Shown: piece by piece, positions 29,808 through 41,927 of the stretch
Layout: each line of letters starts with the position of its first letter
Position numbering within the stretch: the first letter of the stretch is position 1
Assembly (NCBI GenBank): GCA_963753345.1
Contig: CAVWBU010000027.1
Span: 64,001 to 128,000, forward strand
Length of the DNA stretch: 64,000 nt
Direction of reading: 5' to 3'
Source: an uncultured Fibrobacterota bacterium
GTDB taxonomy: Bacteria > Fibrobacterota > Chitinivibrionia > Chitinivibrionales > FEN-1185
Position numbers and translations under genes: made by a program
The notes under the pieces: model-generated
What the model was told of the DNA's origin: nothing
Databases searched by the model: none
What the model saw: the letters and a program-made list of their open reading frames with translations, nothing else

Positions 29808-31106
29808 TCAGATAATTCGTTTGTCAATGACCCTCTTCGCCTTTCCCTCGCTTCGGGCAATCGATTTCGGCTCAACCAGTTTGACCTTGGCATGGATGAG
29901 CAAGGCGTCGTGCAGGGCTCGTTCGATCTCTTTTTCGCGCACTTCAAGTTTTTTTATCTCGTCGGAGAAGCTCGTTTCTCCCACTTCCACCTGGACTTCA
30001 AGGTAATCAAGGTTTTCACGCCGTTCAACCACAAGCTGGTAGTGCGGTTCAACCCCTTCCATTTTGAGAAGGACCTCCTCGATCTGGGACGGGAACACGT
30101 TGACCCCGCGGATGATGAGCATGTCGTCGGTGCGGCCGAGGATCCGGTGCATTCTCACCGAGGTACGGCCGCAGGGGCACCTCGTGTGGTCGAGGAAGGT
30201 GATGTCGCGCGTCCGGTAGCGGATGACGGGTGTTCCTTCCTTGGTGAGCGTGGTGAACACGAGTTCGCCTTTTTCTCCGTCGGGAAGCACCTTGCCGCTG
30301 TCCGGGTCTATGATTTCCGGGTAGAAATGGTCCTCGAAAATATGCAGCATGTCCTGGCGCTCGCACTCCGAGGCCACGCCCGGCCCGATTATCTCGGTGA
30401 GCCCGTAAATGTCAATCGCCTTGAGATGGAGCTTTGCTTCGATTTCTTTGCGCATGTTCTCGCTCCACGGTTCTGCACCGAACAGGCCCGCCTTGAGCGG
30501 CAGCTTGGAAAAATCGATTTTCTCCTCCCGGCCCACTTCGGCGAGGTACAAACTGTACGATGGCGTGCAGGCAAGAACGGTTGTTCCGAAATCCTGCATT
30601 ATCTGCAGCTGGCGCTTTGTATTGCCGGCGGAAATCGGGATGATCATCGCGCCCATCCTGCGCGCTCCGTAATGCACGCCGAGTCCTCCGGTAAACAGGC
30701 CGTACCCGTAGGCGTTCTGGACCCTGTCCTTTGCGGTGGCGTCGCCCATGGCCAGCGTTCTTGCCATCACTTCCGACCAGATTTCAATGTCCTTTTTTGT
30801 GTAGGCGTCAACCACGGGCTTGCCGGTGGTGCCCGACGAGCTGTGGACCTCGACGATGTTGTTGACATGGCAGGAAAGCAGTCCATAGGGATACACGTCG
30901 CGCAGATCCGTCTTGGTGATGAAAGGAAGCTTGACAATATCGGAAATGTGCTTTATATGGGTCGGTTTCACGCCGGCCGCGTCCATCTTTCCGCGGTAAA
31001 AGGGATTGTAGACGTAGGCTCTTCGCGCCAGATTCTGCAGCCGTCTTGTCTGAAGTATGGTGAGCCGCTTCCGGCTCATGGTTTCGAATTCTCTGTTCCA
31101 TATCAT
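29808..31106 (-). CDS. paaK: Phenylacetate--CoA ligase
   Basis: [41 protein letters not shown]. Confidence 0.95.
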   Translation of the reverse strand: MIWNREFETMSRKRLTILQTRRLQNLARRAYVYNPFYRGKMDAAGVKPTHIKHISDIVKLPFITKTDLRDVYPYGLLSCHVNNIVEVHSSSGTTGKPVVDAYTKKDIEIWSEVMARTLAMGDATAKDRVQNAYGYGLFTGGLGVHYGARRMGAMIIPISAGNTKRQLQIMQDFGTTVLACTPSYSLYLAEVGREEKIDFSKLPLKAGLFGAEPWSENMRKEIEAKLHLKAIDIYGLTEIIGPGVASECERQDMLHIFEDHFYPEIIDPDSGKVLPDGEKGELVFTTLTKEGTPVIRYRTRDITFLDHTRCPCGRTSVRMHRILGRTDDMLIIRGVNVFPSQIEEVLLKMEGVEPHYQLVVERRENLDYLEVQVEVGETSFSDEIKKLEVREKEIERALHDALLIHAKVKLVEPKSIARSEGKAKRVIDKRII

Positions 31107-31224
31107 AAAAGGGCTCCATAGGGCGTTGGGTTATTCGGGCGATAGGGGCGGGCTTTCGGACCGACCTATTAACATAATATATGGGACAGAGGGTTTGGCA
31201 ATAGGGAAAAAAGAGTGCGGCCTG

Positions 31225-31416
31225 TGCGGCAACCAACGCCTTGGAGTTGCTCGGGATTGTTCCAAGCACGCTTGGACGACCCGTGATAAGAATAGTTACT
31301 ACTGGCTTTCCGGAGTTCGCCAAAGTCTGCACCAGAGTCTGCTGGTCCGCGAGCAGGGAAATATCCGTCTTGTCTCCGCTGCGCTCGGCATACGGCGTTT
31401 CCCCGATTGCTATTGG
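31225..31416 (-). pseudogene. Remnant of a GH3 beta-glucosidase C-terminal domain
   Basis: Translates as IAIGETPYAERSGDKTDISLLADQQTLVQTLANSGKPVVTILITGRPSVLGTIPSNSKALVAA; no start, and it ends before the expected WLPG. Confidence 0.7.
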
Positions 31417-31610
31417 GCAACTCTACAAGGTCAAATCAAGCAGATTTGACAATCAACTAGTAAGTTCTGTGAAATAAATCCGATAATACTTATTATAATA
31501 GAGAAACATATCACCATCTGTAACAAATTGTTTTGCAATTAAATAGAACAAGTTATCTCTAAATTACAAATTCTAATTTCACTGACAACTGTCAGTTTGT
31601 AAGATTTGTC

Positions 31611-31657
31611 TTGACTTTGTTGCAGAATAGTGCTATATTATGTGAAACAAGTAACAG
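31611..31657 (+). promoter_or_regulatory. Sigma70 promoter of rex with adjacent putative Rex operator
   Basis: TTGACT-17 nt-TATATT followed by aTGTGAAacaagTAACAg. Confidence 0.6.
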
Positions 31658-31676
31658 CTCATCCTTTGGTGCTGAC

Positions 31677-32345
31677 ATGCGAAGAAATGCTCAAATCAAT
31701 GTTCCTCATCCATCGCTCACCCGCCTGCTCTGCATTTATCGTCTTCTCGAACAAATGGAGCGCGAGAACGTCAAGTCCGTCTCGTCATCCGAACTAGGCA
31801 GGGTGCTGGGGTTCAAAGCCGACAGCATCCGGAAGGACGTGAGCTATCTCGGGGAGGTGGGTAATTTCGGCGGCGGATACGAGGTTCTCAAACTCAAGGA
31901 GCATATCAGCACCAACCTTGGCCTTGACAGAAAAAGAAAAGCGTGCGTGGTGGGGCTGGGGAGGCTCGGAACGGCAATTCTCAACTACGACGATCTTAGT
32001 GAGAACGGATTTCTTGTCGTCGCAGGATTCGATTCCAGCATCAACAAACTCGAAACCATTACGACGTCGGTGGAATTGTTCCCGGCGCACGAAATCACCG
32101 AGGTCGTGAAGAGAAAAGGAATCGAAATAGGCGTGATCGCCGTTCCTTCGAAGGCGGCGCAGGAAACCGCCGACAGGCTCATCGACGGGGGAATACGGGG
32201 AATCATTAATTTTTCGCCCGCATCCCTCAAGCCGAAGAACAATGTTATGATCCGCAACCTCGATCTGGTCGGCGAGTGTATGATTTTGTCAACATTACTT
32301 TCATTTGAAGAGGGCGCGGCCCGCAACGAAACGGCATCAGTCTGA
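31677..32345 (+). CDS. rex: Redox-sensing transcriptional repressor Rex
   Basis: RLLCIYR, VSSSELG, IRKDVSYLGEVG, VVGLGRLGTA, GIINFSP. Confidence 0.93.
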   Translation: MRRNAQINVPHPSLTRLLCIYRLLEQMERENVKSVSSSELGRVLGFKADSIRKDVSYLGEVGNFGGGYEVLKLKEHISTNLGLDRKRKACVVGLGRLGTAILNYDDLSENGFLVVAGFDSSINKLETITTSVELFPAHEITEVVKRKGIEIGVIAVPSKAAQETADRLIDGGIRGIINFSPASLKPKNNVMIRNLDLVGECMILSTLLSFEEGAARNETASV

Positions 32346-32442
32346 TCACAAGACGCTCTGTTTCGCATGGAAAGAAGACCAATGAGCAATAATGTTCCCG
32401 TTACCGCCATACAACCCAATGCAACCATCAAAGGAGGACCGC

Positions 32443-33525
32443 ATGGCCCGCGTGTTTAACTTCTCTGCCGGACCGGCAGTGCTGCCGGAACCGGTGCTCA
32501 AAAAAGCAGCCGCAGAAATGCTCGATTGCAACGGAAGCGGAATGTCCGTTATGGAAATGAGCCACCGCTCCAAGGATTTCGAGGCGATTATAGGCGGCGC
32601 GGAGGAGCATCTGCGCAGGCTCATGAATATTCCGGCAAACTTCAAGATATTGTTTCTCCAGGGCGGAGCGTCCACCCAGTTCGCCATGGTTCCGCTTAAC
32701 CTGATGTCGAGAAGCGGCAAGGCGGACTTTATCAATACCGGGACATGGTCCAAGAAGGCGATATCCGAGGCAAAGCGCTACGGCGCGGCAAACGTGATTG
32801 CCACATCGGAAGACAAAAACTTTTCCTACATACCAAAGGTAGCGAAAGAGAAGTTCGATGCCCATGCGAGCTATGTGCACATCACCACCAACAACACCAT
32901 CGAAGGAACCAAGTACAATGCGCTTCCCGACGCCGGCGCCGTGCCGCTCGTTGCCGACATGTCGTCCAATATTCTTTCGGAAGCGACGGACGTGACGAAA
33001 TTCGGGCTCATCTACGCGGGTGCGCAGAAGAACATCGGCCCGGCCGGCGTCACCGTGGTGATCGTGAGGGAAGACCTGATCGGCAAGGCGCTGCCGATCA
33101 CTCCTACCATGCTCAACTATGAGACGCATGCTAAGGAGAAGTCCCTGTACAACACGCCGCCGACCTACGGTATTTACATCGCGAAACTGGTGTTCGAGTG
33201 GATGCTTGACATGGGCGGCGTTCCGGCAATGGAGAAAATCAATCGGGGAAAGGCGAAAATCCTGTACGATTTCATCGACGGGTCCGCCCTTTTCAAAGGA
33301 ACCGCAGCAAAGGAAGACCGTTCCATCATGAACGTGCCTTTCACGCTTCCCTCCGACGAACTCACCGACAAGTGCCTCAAGGAGGCGAAACAGAACGGCC
33401 TGGTGCAGCTCAAAGGCCATCGAAGCGTTGGCGGCTTGCGCGCCAGCATCTACAACGCCATGCCGGTTGACGGAGTGAAGAAGCTTGTTGATTTTCTGAA
33501 GAAGTTCGAAGCGTCGAATAAGTAG
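32443..33525 (+). CDS. serC: Phosphoserine aminotransferase
   Basis: FNFSAGPA, EMSHRS, LQGGAS, AGAQKNIGPAG, YNTPP, GHRSVGGLRASIYNA; AAGGAGG RBS. Confidence 0.97.
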   Translation: MARVFNFSAGPAVLPEPVLKKAAAEMLDCNGSGMSVMEMSHRSKDFEAIIGGAEEHLRRLMNIPANFKILFLQGGASTQFAMVPLNLMSRSGKADFINTGTWSKKAISEAKRYGAANVIATSEDKNFSYIPKVAKEKFDAHASYVHITTNNTIEGTKYNALPDAGAVPLVADMSSNILSEATDVTKFGLIYAGAQKNIGPAGVTVVIVREDLIGKALPITPTMLNYETHAKEKSLYNTPPTYGIYIAKLVFEWMLDMGGVPAMEKINRGKAKILYDFIDGSALFKGTAAKEDRSIMNVPFTLPSDELTDKCLKEAKQNGLVQLKGHRSVGGLRASIYNAMPVDGVKKLVDFLKKFEASNK

Positions 33526-33583
33526 GAAACAAACTCACCACAGAGACACGGAGAACACAGAGAAGAAACCGGAGGAGCAACAA

Positions 33584-34756
33584 ATGTTCAAAATACAAAC
33601 GCTCAACAAGATTTCCACCGTAGGCATTGAGATCTTCCCGCGTGACAACTACGAAATCGCGTCGGAGATCGTGCATCCCGACGCGGTCCTGGTCCGCAGC
33701 GCCGACATGCATGAAATGCAGTTTGCCGAATCGCTCAAGGCCATTGCGCGCGCGGGCGCCGGCGTCAATAACATTCCCGTCGACAAGTGCTCAGAAAAGG
33801 GCGTCGTGGTGATGAACACGCCCGGTGCCAACGCCAACAGCGTAAAGGAACTGGTCATCGCTGCGTTGCTTATGTCGTCGCGACGGCTTGTCGCGGGGAT
33901 TCAATGGGCCAAGAGTCTGGCCGGAAAGGGCGACGAGGTGCCCAAACTCATTGAGAAGGGCAAGACCAATTTCGAAGGACCTGAAATCAAGGGCAAGCGG
34001 CTTGGCGTGATAGGGCTCGGCGCCATCGGCGTGAAGGTCGCCAACGACGCGGTCTCGATGGGCATGGAGGTGACGGGGTACGATCCCGTTATCTCGGTTG
34101 AGGCCGCGTGGGAGTTGTCGCGGACTGTCAAGCGCGCGCTGTCGCTCGACAGCCTCATTGCCAAGTCCGACTACATCACGCTGCATGTGCCGCTCAACGA
34201 CAAGACCAAGAGCATGCTTAACAAAGACAAGTTCGCGCTCATGAAGAAGGGCGTTCGGATCCTCAATTTCGCACGGGGCGGGCTGGTGAAAAACGAGGAC
34301 CTCAAGGCCGCCATCAAGGACGGCACGGTGGCCGCATACGTCACCGATTTCCCGGACGAAGACCTGCTCGCCATCGACAGCGTGATTCCCGTGCCGCACT
34401 TGGGCGCGTCCACGCCCGAGGCCGAGGACAACTGCGCGGTGATGGCCGTGAACCAGATCCGTAATTTTCTGGAATACGGCAACATCAAGAACTCGGTGAA
34501 CTTTCCGGACTGCGAGATGGACCCGTCCGGAAAGGCGCGCATCCTGGTGGGAAACAGGAACATTCCCAACATGGTGGGGCAGATCACCACGCTCCTGGCC
34601 GCCGAGAAGATCAACATCGCCGACATGCTCAACAAGAGCAAGGGCGACCTCGCCTACAACATCATAGACGTTGACAGTGTGATAAACGAGGGGGCGCTGG
34701 CCAAGCTGCGGGCGATTGAGGGAATTATCATGGTGAGGGTGCTGGAGAAAAAATAG
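33584..34756 (+). CDS. serA: D-3-phosphoglycerate dehydrogenase with C-terminal ACT domain
   Basis: RAGAGVNNI, NTPGANANSV, GLGAIG, NFARG, PHLGAST. Confidence 0.93.
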   Translation: MFKIQTLNKISTVGIEIFPRDNYEIASEIVHPDAVLVRSADMHEMQFAESLKAIARAGAGVNNIPVDKCSEKGVVVMNTPGANANSVKELVIAALLMSSRRLVAGIQWAKSLAGKGDEVPKLIEKGKTNFEGPEIKGKRLGVIGLGAIGVKVANDAVSMGMEVTGYDPVISVEAAWELSRTVKRALSLDSLIAKSDYITLHVPLNDKTKSMLNKDKFALMKKGVRILNFARGGLVKNEDLKAAIKDGTVAAYVTDFPDEDLLAIDSVIPVPHLGASTPEAEDNCAVMAVNQIRNFLEYGNIKNSVNFPDCEMDPSGKARILVGNRNIPNMVGQITTLLAAEKINIADMLNKSKGDLAYNIIDVDSVINEGALAKLRAIEGIIMVRVLEKK

Positions 34757-34778
34757 ATCAAGTACGCAAGGAAACATC

Positions 34779-34821
34779 CAGGGCGTTCCACCGCAGCCGC
34801 GTGGGAACGCCCTGTTTTTTT
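34779..34821 (+). terminator. Intrinsic terminator after serA
   Basis: CAGGGCGTTCC...GGAACGCCCTG followed by T7. Confidence 0.85.
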
Positions 34822-34846
34822 GACCCGGGCCGACGGAGAAAAACCG

Positions 34847-37800
34847 CTACATTCTCGCCACGCAGGCGTAGTAATCCGGCTGGTCGATGAGTTCCCAGTT
34901 GTCAAAGTCAAATCCGAGCGAGAAGGTGATGTGGTCGCCGCCGTAGGGTGCAGGACGGTTGAAGCCGTAGTCGTAGCGGAGGTCGAGGGCGACGGGAAAA
35001 CCGAACGAATGTGCCTTGAGCCGGAGTTCGGCCCCGGCCGACGAGATCCAGTCCTGCTTGTGAAAGGTGAGGATGTCCGAGGGCTTTTGCCAGCAGCCGC
35101 CTGCAGAAAAATTCACGGCGCCGTACAGCTGGTCCACATTGAGAAACCAGAATTTCCATCCGATCTGCGTGGTGGGCCAGAGCGGAAAGCGGTAGGCGAG
35201 ATTGACGGATGCAACTGCATTGCCGGTCACGAGCACGGTGTCGTACACGATGGAGTCGGCGCCGGCCGTCGTCTTGAGCGTGTCGCGGAAGAAATACGTG
35301 TAGCCCTTTATCCACTCGATGGGCTTGTAGTAGGAGGGAAGGTCCTTTGGGGAATAGTTCGTTCCGAAAATCTTGTTGCTGACCATTTCATTCGGGACTA
35401 CGCCAATGGCCTGAACTTCGGCGTACAGATCGTGCTTGTCGTACCAGGGAGTGGACATGCCGCCCTTGAGGGTAAGGTCAAGCTCGTGGTACTTGAAGAT
35501 GTCGTAGTTTTCCGTGAGTTTGCCGTTTTCGACCGTCACTCCCTTTGCGTTGAGCAGGTCCTGGTTCCAGTAATTGTATTGCAGCCTCGCGGCGAGCCCG
35601 CGGGGCGAGATAAAAGACCGCTGGTCGTGCTCGGGTGCAAGAAGGGAGAGAAATGCGCCGGCACGATACCCCTGGGCAAGATCGTAGGTGAGGTCCTTGT
35701 AGCCGGGCATATACTGGTCGAACGCCTCGGCGATGAGCAGGTAGACCTCGTACCAGTTGTAGCTTCCGAGCAGGTGAAGGTTGAGCCCCTCGGCGAGCGG
35801 ATGCGACAGCATGAGATCCACGTAGCGGAGGGTGATCTGATAGTTGAGCTGCTGCAACTGAGCGATGCCGAGAGAGTCGTCGGTCATGTAGAAGTAATCG
35901 CTCTGCGTGATGCCGCGTTGCATGAAGTCGAACGATGCGTCGACGGGCAGGGCTTTGGTCGCGGCAAATGCGCCGAGGTCGTAGTTGACTTTCCTGCCGA
36001 AGAACCCCTGGTCAAGGTTGATAAACTGGAAAATCTTGTCCGGTTCGAGGAAAAGGTACGCGCCCATCTGCGAGCCCATGCCGATTGCCGCAAGCGGGTC
36101 GTCGAGAAACGCGAGCACGCCCGCCTTAAAGATCATTTGGCCCTGGAACACGTTGTAAATCTGGGGCACGGCTTCTTCCCAGATCAAGGTCGGGACAATC
36201 ATGAACATGGTGGGAAAATACGAATAGGGCCGCGCCTCTCCGGCCCGGCTGGCGTCGATTGACACGGCGCGCACCGTGTCGGAACCCGTGAACAGGGAAT
36301 CGGAGTGCAGGGTGTCAAGTGCGCGCACCGTGTCGATGAGGTAGATGCCGTAACCGTCCTTATCGTAGTTCGCGCATACGAGACGTTTTCCGTCTTTGGA
36401 GACATCCGGCGAAAACGCTCCGCCGGACACGTTGGTGAGACGCGAAAGGTCTCTGCTTTCGGTGTTGTATCGGTAAATGTTAAAAATACCAGTGCGGTCC
36501 GACGAGAAATAGAGATTCCTGCCGTCCGCCGAATAGCGCGGATCGCGGTCGTCGTGGCCAGCCGTTCTTCATCATGGCAAACTGGTGCGTGAGCGTGTCG
36601 TAGATGCCGATCTTCCGGTACCCGGTGTCGATGTAGCTTATGGCGATGTGCCTGCCGTCCGCGTTCCAGTCGAGACTGTAGATGTACTTGAGGAGCGTGG
36701 CGCGTTCCGGGTGTACCGTGTCCGGATAGACAATCACGCTGTTCTTGCCGCTCGTATCCATGATGCACAGGTAGAATTTGTCAATTTCACGGCGGATGCA
36801 GGCAAGCTTTTCTCCGGTGGGCGAAAACACGGCGCCGAACACCCGCATGCGTTTGGTGACCTGGCGTTCGGACTTACGCTTGAACGGCGCGAACTTCGCC
36901 TTTTCGGGCGGGAGCGTATCGATAAAGGCGTCGAACGCGCGGTCGCCTCCTTCGTTGGGCGGCATCAGCGACTTGGGCGATTTCATGCTGGTGTAGGCGA
37001 TAAGCCCGGAGGCCGGGTGAATGGAATAGAACGTGGCAATGCCCTTCTCCTCCTTTATCCTTTTGTCTTCCTTGACCGTATCGACGAGACTGTACGAATA
37101 CAGGCTTTTCGAATAAAAAGAGTAATCGGCCTTGCCGTTTCCGATAAAGAATATCTTCTTCTGGTCCGGCGAGAACTTGGGCCAGTAGTTGTCGTATCCG
37201 TCCTTGTTGACTTTCACGCCGTACACCTGTTTTCCAAGTTTTTTCACCTGGTCGGTGTAGGTTCGCTCGAGCGAAGTCTTCCATTCGGCGTACAGTTGAC
37301 GTCCGGTAATGCCGAGCACGGCTTTCACCGCCTTGTCGAAGTCGAGCCGGTACACGTGGGCGCAATTGTGGAGGATAGCCGCCACCTTGTCGTAGCCCCA
37401 TGTGGCGGCGATGTAGCGTACCAGGGAAAACCCGTGGTTGTACGTTTTTTCAAAATCCTGCCCCTGTCCGGCGAATTCACACATCCGGTCCCACGAGAGA
37501 AGGTTGTGCGACACGGTGAGGCTGCGAAGGATCATTTCGCGGTGGGTGTCCCAGGAATCGGTGCCATAGCGCGAGTCCTCGAATTGCGCGATGCCCTCGG
37601 AAAACCAGGGCGGCAGAATGTCGTTGGGGAACACGTGGAGCGCTTCCACGCGGTTGGGGTCGTTGGGATGCGAGAAATAGCCGATCTGGAGTAATGCAAC
37701 CTCCGGGGCGAACTTGAAGCTTGACGTGATGGAAACCTCGTGCGCGTATTCGTGCGTGATGACGCCCTTGAGCCAGTCGTGCGTGCCGCGTTCGTTGATG

Positions 37801-38168
37801 TCGAAATCGTGCACCCAGATGGTGATGAAGTTGTGGATCGGATCGGTAAAACCGTTGGTTATTTCACCGTCGATCACCAGCACCTTTGTCTTGGCGTGAA
37901 GGACAATTCCATAAGTTTTCGAGTAAATGCCGTAGAGGTGCTCGAACTGGACGTCCGCCTCCCGGGCAATGCGTTCCAATCCCTGAGTGTAGGTGATTGA
38001 GAAATGCGGGCTTTCTATTGTGTAAACCTTGGTGCCGAAGGCGTTCCAGTTCAGATTGTCGTCCTGGGCAAGGGCCGGCCCGCGCATGACAAGCACGAGG
38101 GTGACAAGAGCCGGGAACGCAAAGGAAAGGGCGCAGAAACGCCGCTTTCCGGCGGTGAGGGGGCTCAC
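34847..38168 (-). CDS. Gluzincin-like peptidase + TolB/PD40 propeller + C-terminal outer-membrane barrel protein (frameshift near 36557)
   Basis: THEYAH...WFSEGIAQF; PKFSPD, FSPTG, DPRYSADG, FSPDVSKDG repeats; SSAGAELR, YDYGF, FSLGFDF; GTG start overlaps the upstream TGA. Confidence 0.8.
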
Positions 38169-41100
38169 TTGACGACCGCCATTTTCCAGAGGGAAACGTA
38201 CTTCGTGCCGCCGACCACGGCCTCCATCCTGCAGCGGTACACGCCCGGGCCGTAGGTGTCCAGCGAAACCGGCGAAAGTTCGTTGTAGTCCGGGAAGCTG
38301 CCCGAAAGCCCGGTCTTGGAAAGCACGTGAAGTCCCGCCATGGTGAACACGTCGAGCCGCACGTTTTGCGCGGGGGCCGAGAACTTGTATTTGAACCAGA
38401 CATAGCGGCTGCCGTTTGTCGGATTGGGATACGAAAAGAACGTTATGGGCGCACTTTCGCGCACCAGGGCCGTCAGCGCCGGGCCGAGATAGGCGAAACA
38501 GCGGGTGCCGTCGTACCCGGCCTGCCGCCACAGGATCGAGTCGCCGATGACCGCGTTTCCGAGTTTCCACCGGTACACCCAGCCGTTTGCCCCCACGGCA
38601 ATGAGGTTGTTGGAACCGTCGCTGTCGAAATCGTCGAGGAGCGGCGACGCGGCGCCGGGCGCGCCCATGGTGAGCGGCCACTGTCGAAAAAAGCTGAGTT
38701 CGCGCCGATGTTAAACAGCGGCCGTCTTCCTGTTTTGTCAAGGGCATCCACGAATCCGCCGGGCAAAACAATGGGAAGCACGAGGGAATCGCCGAACACG
38801 AGCGCCGAATCGATGAATCCCGCGGAAAGGCCCTTCAGGGTGTCCGTCGACCCGTCGGCAAGGGTGTAGATGAGTGTTCCGGTCGCGGCGCTCGAGGTTA
38901 TGATTTTGCCGACTTGCCAGGTGTTATTGTCGCCCGTTGCAGAGCCGAACAGAACAAGCGGATTACCGGAGGCTGCAAATTTCGTGACTGCGGGCGAAGA
39001 GATAATGTTACCGCGCCAGAATCTATTGTCGAGTATGGCGGGCCATCCGGCAATGGACACGCCCTTGTAGTTCAGCGCGTACACGCCGCTGGTCCCTCCG
39101 GCCAGGATGTCGAGGCAGCCGTCGCCGTTGATGTCGGCGAGGGACGGCGGCGCAAGGTTGACGGGAAGCGCATGACGGTCGGTCGACGTGTCGAGCGCAG
39201 ACGCCCACTGGTTTGGAAGGCTGTTCCATCCCGGGAGCAGCGTAAGCCCAGTCGTGAACGCCCAGAGCCCTTTGCGGCTGTCGCACACGACAATTTCCGG
39301 CATGCCGTCGTTGTTGATGTCGCCCGTGACAAGCGAGTAAGGCGCGATGCCGCCCTGGATCTTTACACAGCGCAGGGGGCTTTGGGTGCCGACGGCGAGA
39401 AGAGACAGGCTGTCGTTCGACTGGATGCACACGAGACTGTCCGGAAATTTCGGCAGCGCGGCAAGGGCGCACACGGCGCTGTTGCCGCCGAGGCGGATCG
39501 AGTCGGATGCGGCCGTCATGGCCGCCGTGTCGCCGATCATCACCATGCCGTTCGAACAGCCGATTGCCCAGTATCTTCCCTGCATCTTGCAAACATAGGT
39601 GGACGGCGTCCAGGTAAATGCCGGCGTTGTATCAATCGATCGTGACGTGTCGGAGACGCTTGACACAAGATAAAACCGTTTTGTGAGCGACGGAATAACG
39701 AGCCTGCCGCTGACGACCGTGGGGAAGGTGAAGGCGCCGGCAAGAGAATCGTAGCCGACCGTGTCGGCCTGGACCGTCTGGTTTGTCTGCGTCACGTTGA
39801 TGGCGGTGCCCTGGACCGCGCCCCGCAGGTTGCTGTAGGGGACAACGACCGGTGGCTTGGATTGGTGGAGGATCTGATTCCCCGCAGGCCACACGTACAG
39901 CCTGCCGCTCTGCGACAGGAGCGCCAGTTTTTTTGATTTACCCGAGCCGAACACGGCCGGTTCGAAATACTTCTCCGGTACGGTGCGCTTGGGCCAGCCC
40001 GGCACGAGAAAGTTCCAATTCACCTTGACCGTGAAGAAGCTGTCGGCGAAATTGCGCACGAGCGAGCCGTAGACGAGGGACTGCTGATCGAGTTTCCCCG
40101 CCGTGCCGGCTGTGTCGAACTTGATTGACAAATAGGTCTTTCCGCCGTCGTTGCTCGTGGTGGGCGGCTTGGTAAACGGGGCCATGCTGTCGATGAGAAT
40201 CGTTTTGCCCGTGGAATCGGTCTTCAGGTGGGGGAATACGTCTTCCTCGCCGCCGAAATCAAAAACCGGGTTGTAGAAGATGTCCCTTCCCTCAATGCCC
40301 AAATCGTTGATGCCGTCGGCCTCCTCGAGCTTGACTGCCTTGTAGTTGGAATCGGCGTTGAGCAGGTCGTAGTTGATCCTGTCGCGAATGATGTCTTCGT
40401 CGACATGCCATACGAGAATGCCCGAGGCAGGAATGCCGACGTCGTAGTTGGTGGCGGAAATGATGACGTGCGAATCGTCGTTTGAAAGCGAGTCGGTCAC
40501 CAGGCGCGAATCGAGGTTGACCGGTGTGTACGGGTCGATGAGAATGGTGTCGTGCGTTCCGGTGAGCGTGTCCCATTTGAAAATCGCGCGGGCGCCGGTG
40601 AGGTTGCGCTGCCGGTTTTCGATGAGGTAATATTCGTGGCTGTTGATGGGAACCTGCAGAATGGTGGTGTCGCCGGAGACCGAGGCGCTCAGGGCCTTGA
40701 GCCGGCACGTATTCGCGTCGCCCGCGCGGACCGGAACAACAGGGTCCCAGCCCATGAAGGCGCGCACCCAGGCCGAGGGCCAGGGAGGGATAAAGCCGCT
40801 TGCCGCGGAGTAGCCGTAGGGATCCATGATGCAGAAACCGCCCACGGCCGTCATGCCGCTCGACGTTGAAAAAAGATCCGGAATTCCGATTTGTCGCGCA
40901 ATTTGGTTCACCATGATGCCGTGGATGCCGAAGTTGAGCCCGTCCTGATTCGATGTCTCCGAACACATCATCACTTCGTCTATCACGATGGTCGAATCGC
41001 CGGCGCCGTACACCTTCACGCCCACGGTGTCCATGGCGAGCGTATCCTTGAAGAACTGGAAGAACTGCCTGGAAATGAACGCGTCGATCATGTCCGACGG

Positions 41101-41847
41101 CGTGTTTGCCGCGGCCGAGCCCTGGGTGCCGCCGTCGGTGAGAAACGACGCGCCCGCGTGGATGATCATGAAGACGGTCGGATTGCCCAGGGAGTCCACC
41201 ACGGTTCCGTCGGGCAGCTGCCGAAGCGAGGTGAATGGGCCGCCGGCATTATTGGCGCTCTTGATCGCGTCGGCGGCAAACCTCATGAGCCCGACGGTCT
41301 TGCGCTCGTAGTAGGTGTCCCACGTTTGATTCTTGGGCTTGTATCCCGGAGAGTACTCGCTCATGGGATTGGGGACCGAGTACATCACGTTGCCGTTCGT
41401 GGGGTAGACCGTGTAGTCGATGACGAATTGTCCGCGCGACACCGTCGAAAAGTACTTCTTTACATAGTGAAACTGGCTGTTGAAATAGGAGAGGTCGTGG
41501 GGAAGATTGTCGTATTTGTAGACCGTGTCTGCGCTGTAGTACTGCTGCTCCTGCGGGTCGTGCCCGATGCCGAACAGCCCGTCGCCGGTGGTGAGAGGGC
41601 TGGTGTCGCTCTTGAATTCAACTCTGAATGCAACGACGTGCACTACGCTGGGTCCGCTGGCCGTGCGCTTGAACAGCAGCGAGCCGCCGTGGTTGGCGGC
41701 TGTTTCCACCACGTGTTTCTTCGATGATGCGCCGATAAGTTTTGCAAGAGCGGCCGGGAGCGGAGCGGAGGTCGCATGCTGCGCTGCCGCGAACAGCACC
41801 AGAGCGCAGCATAACGCGGCGACGCGGTGAAGACGGTGTGATGTCAC
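38165..41847 (-). CDS. Secreted M6 (InhA)-like/FG-GAP repeat protein with C-terminal YPNP sorting domain (frameshift near 38690)
   Basis: Signal peptide; FRVEF, IIHAG, IGIPDLF, FCIMD, AFMGW, EYYLIENRQ, GILVWHVDE, LEEADG; DINNDG/DINGDG repeats; SYPNP...GPGVYRCR. Confidence 0.8.
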
Positions 41848-41927
41848 GGTGTGAATTCCAATGGTTGCTCTTCTTTGTCACATTGTGCGCCGCTGCGGGC
41901 AAGAAGGCGCTGTGGAGAAACGAGCCG

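Noticed and set aside
29301-31121. Long antisense ORFs (e.g. 606 aa here, 480 aa at 34820, 404 aa at 8732)
   Set aside because: Shadow ORFs opposite well-supported genes in GC-rich DNA, with no motifs or RBS.
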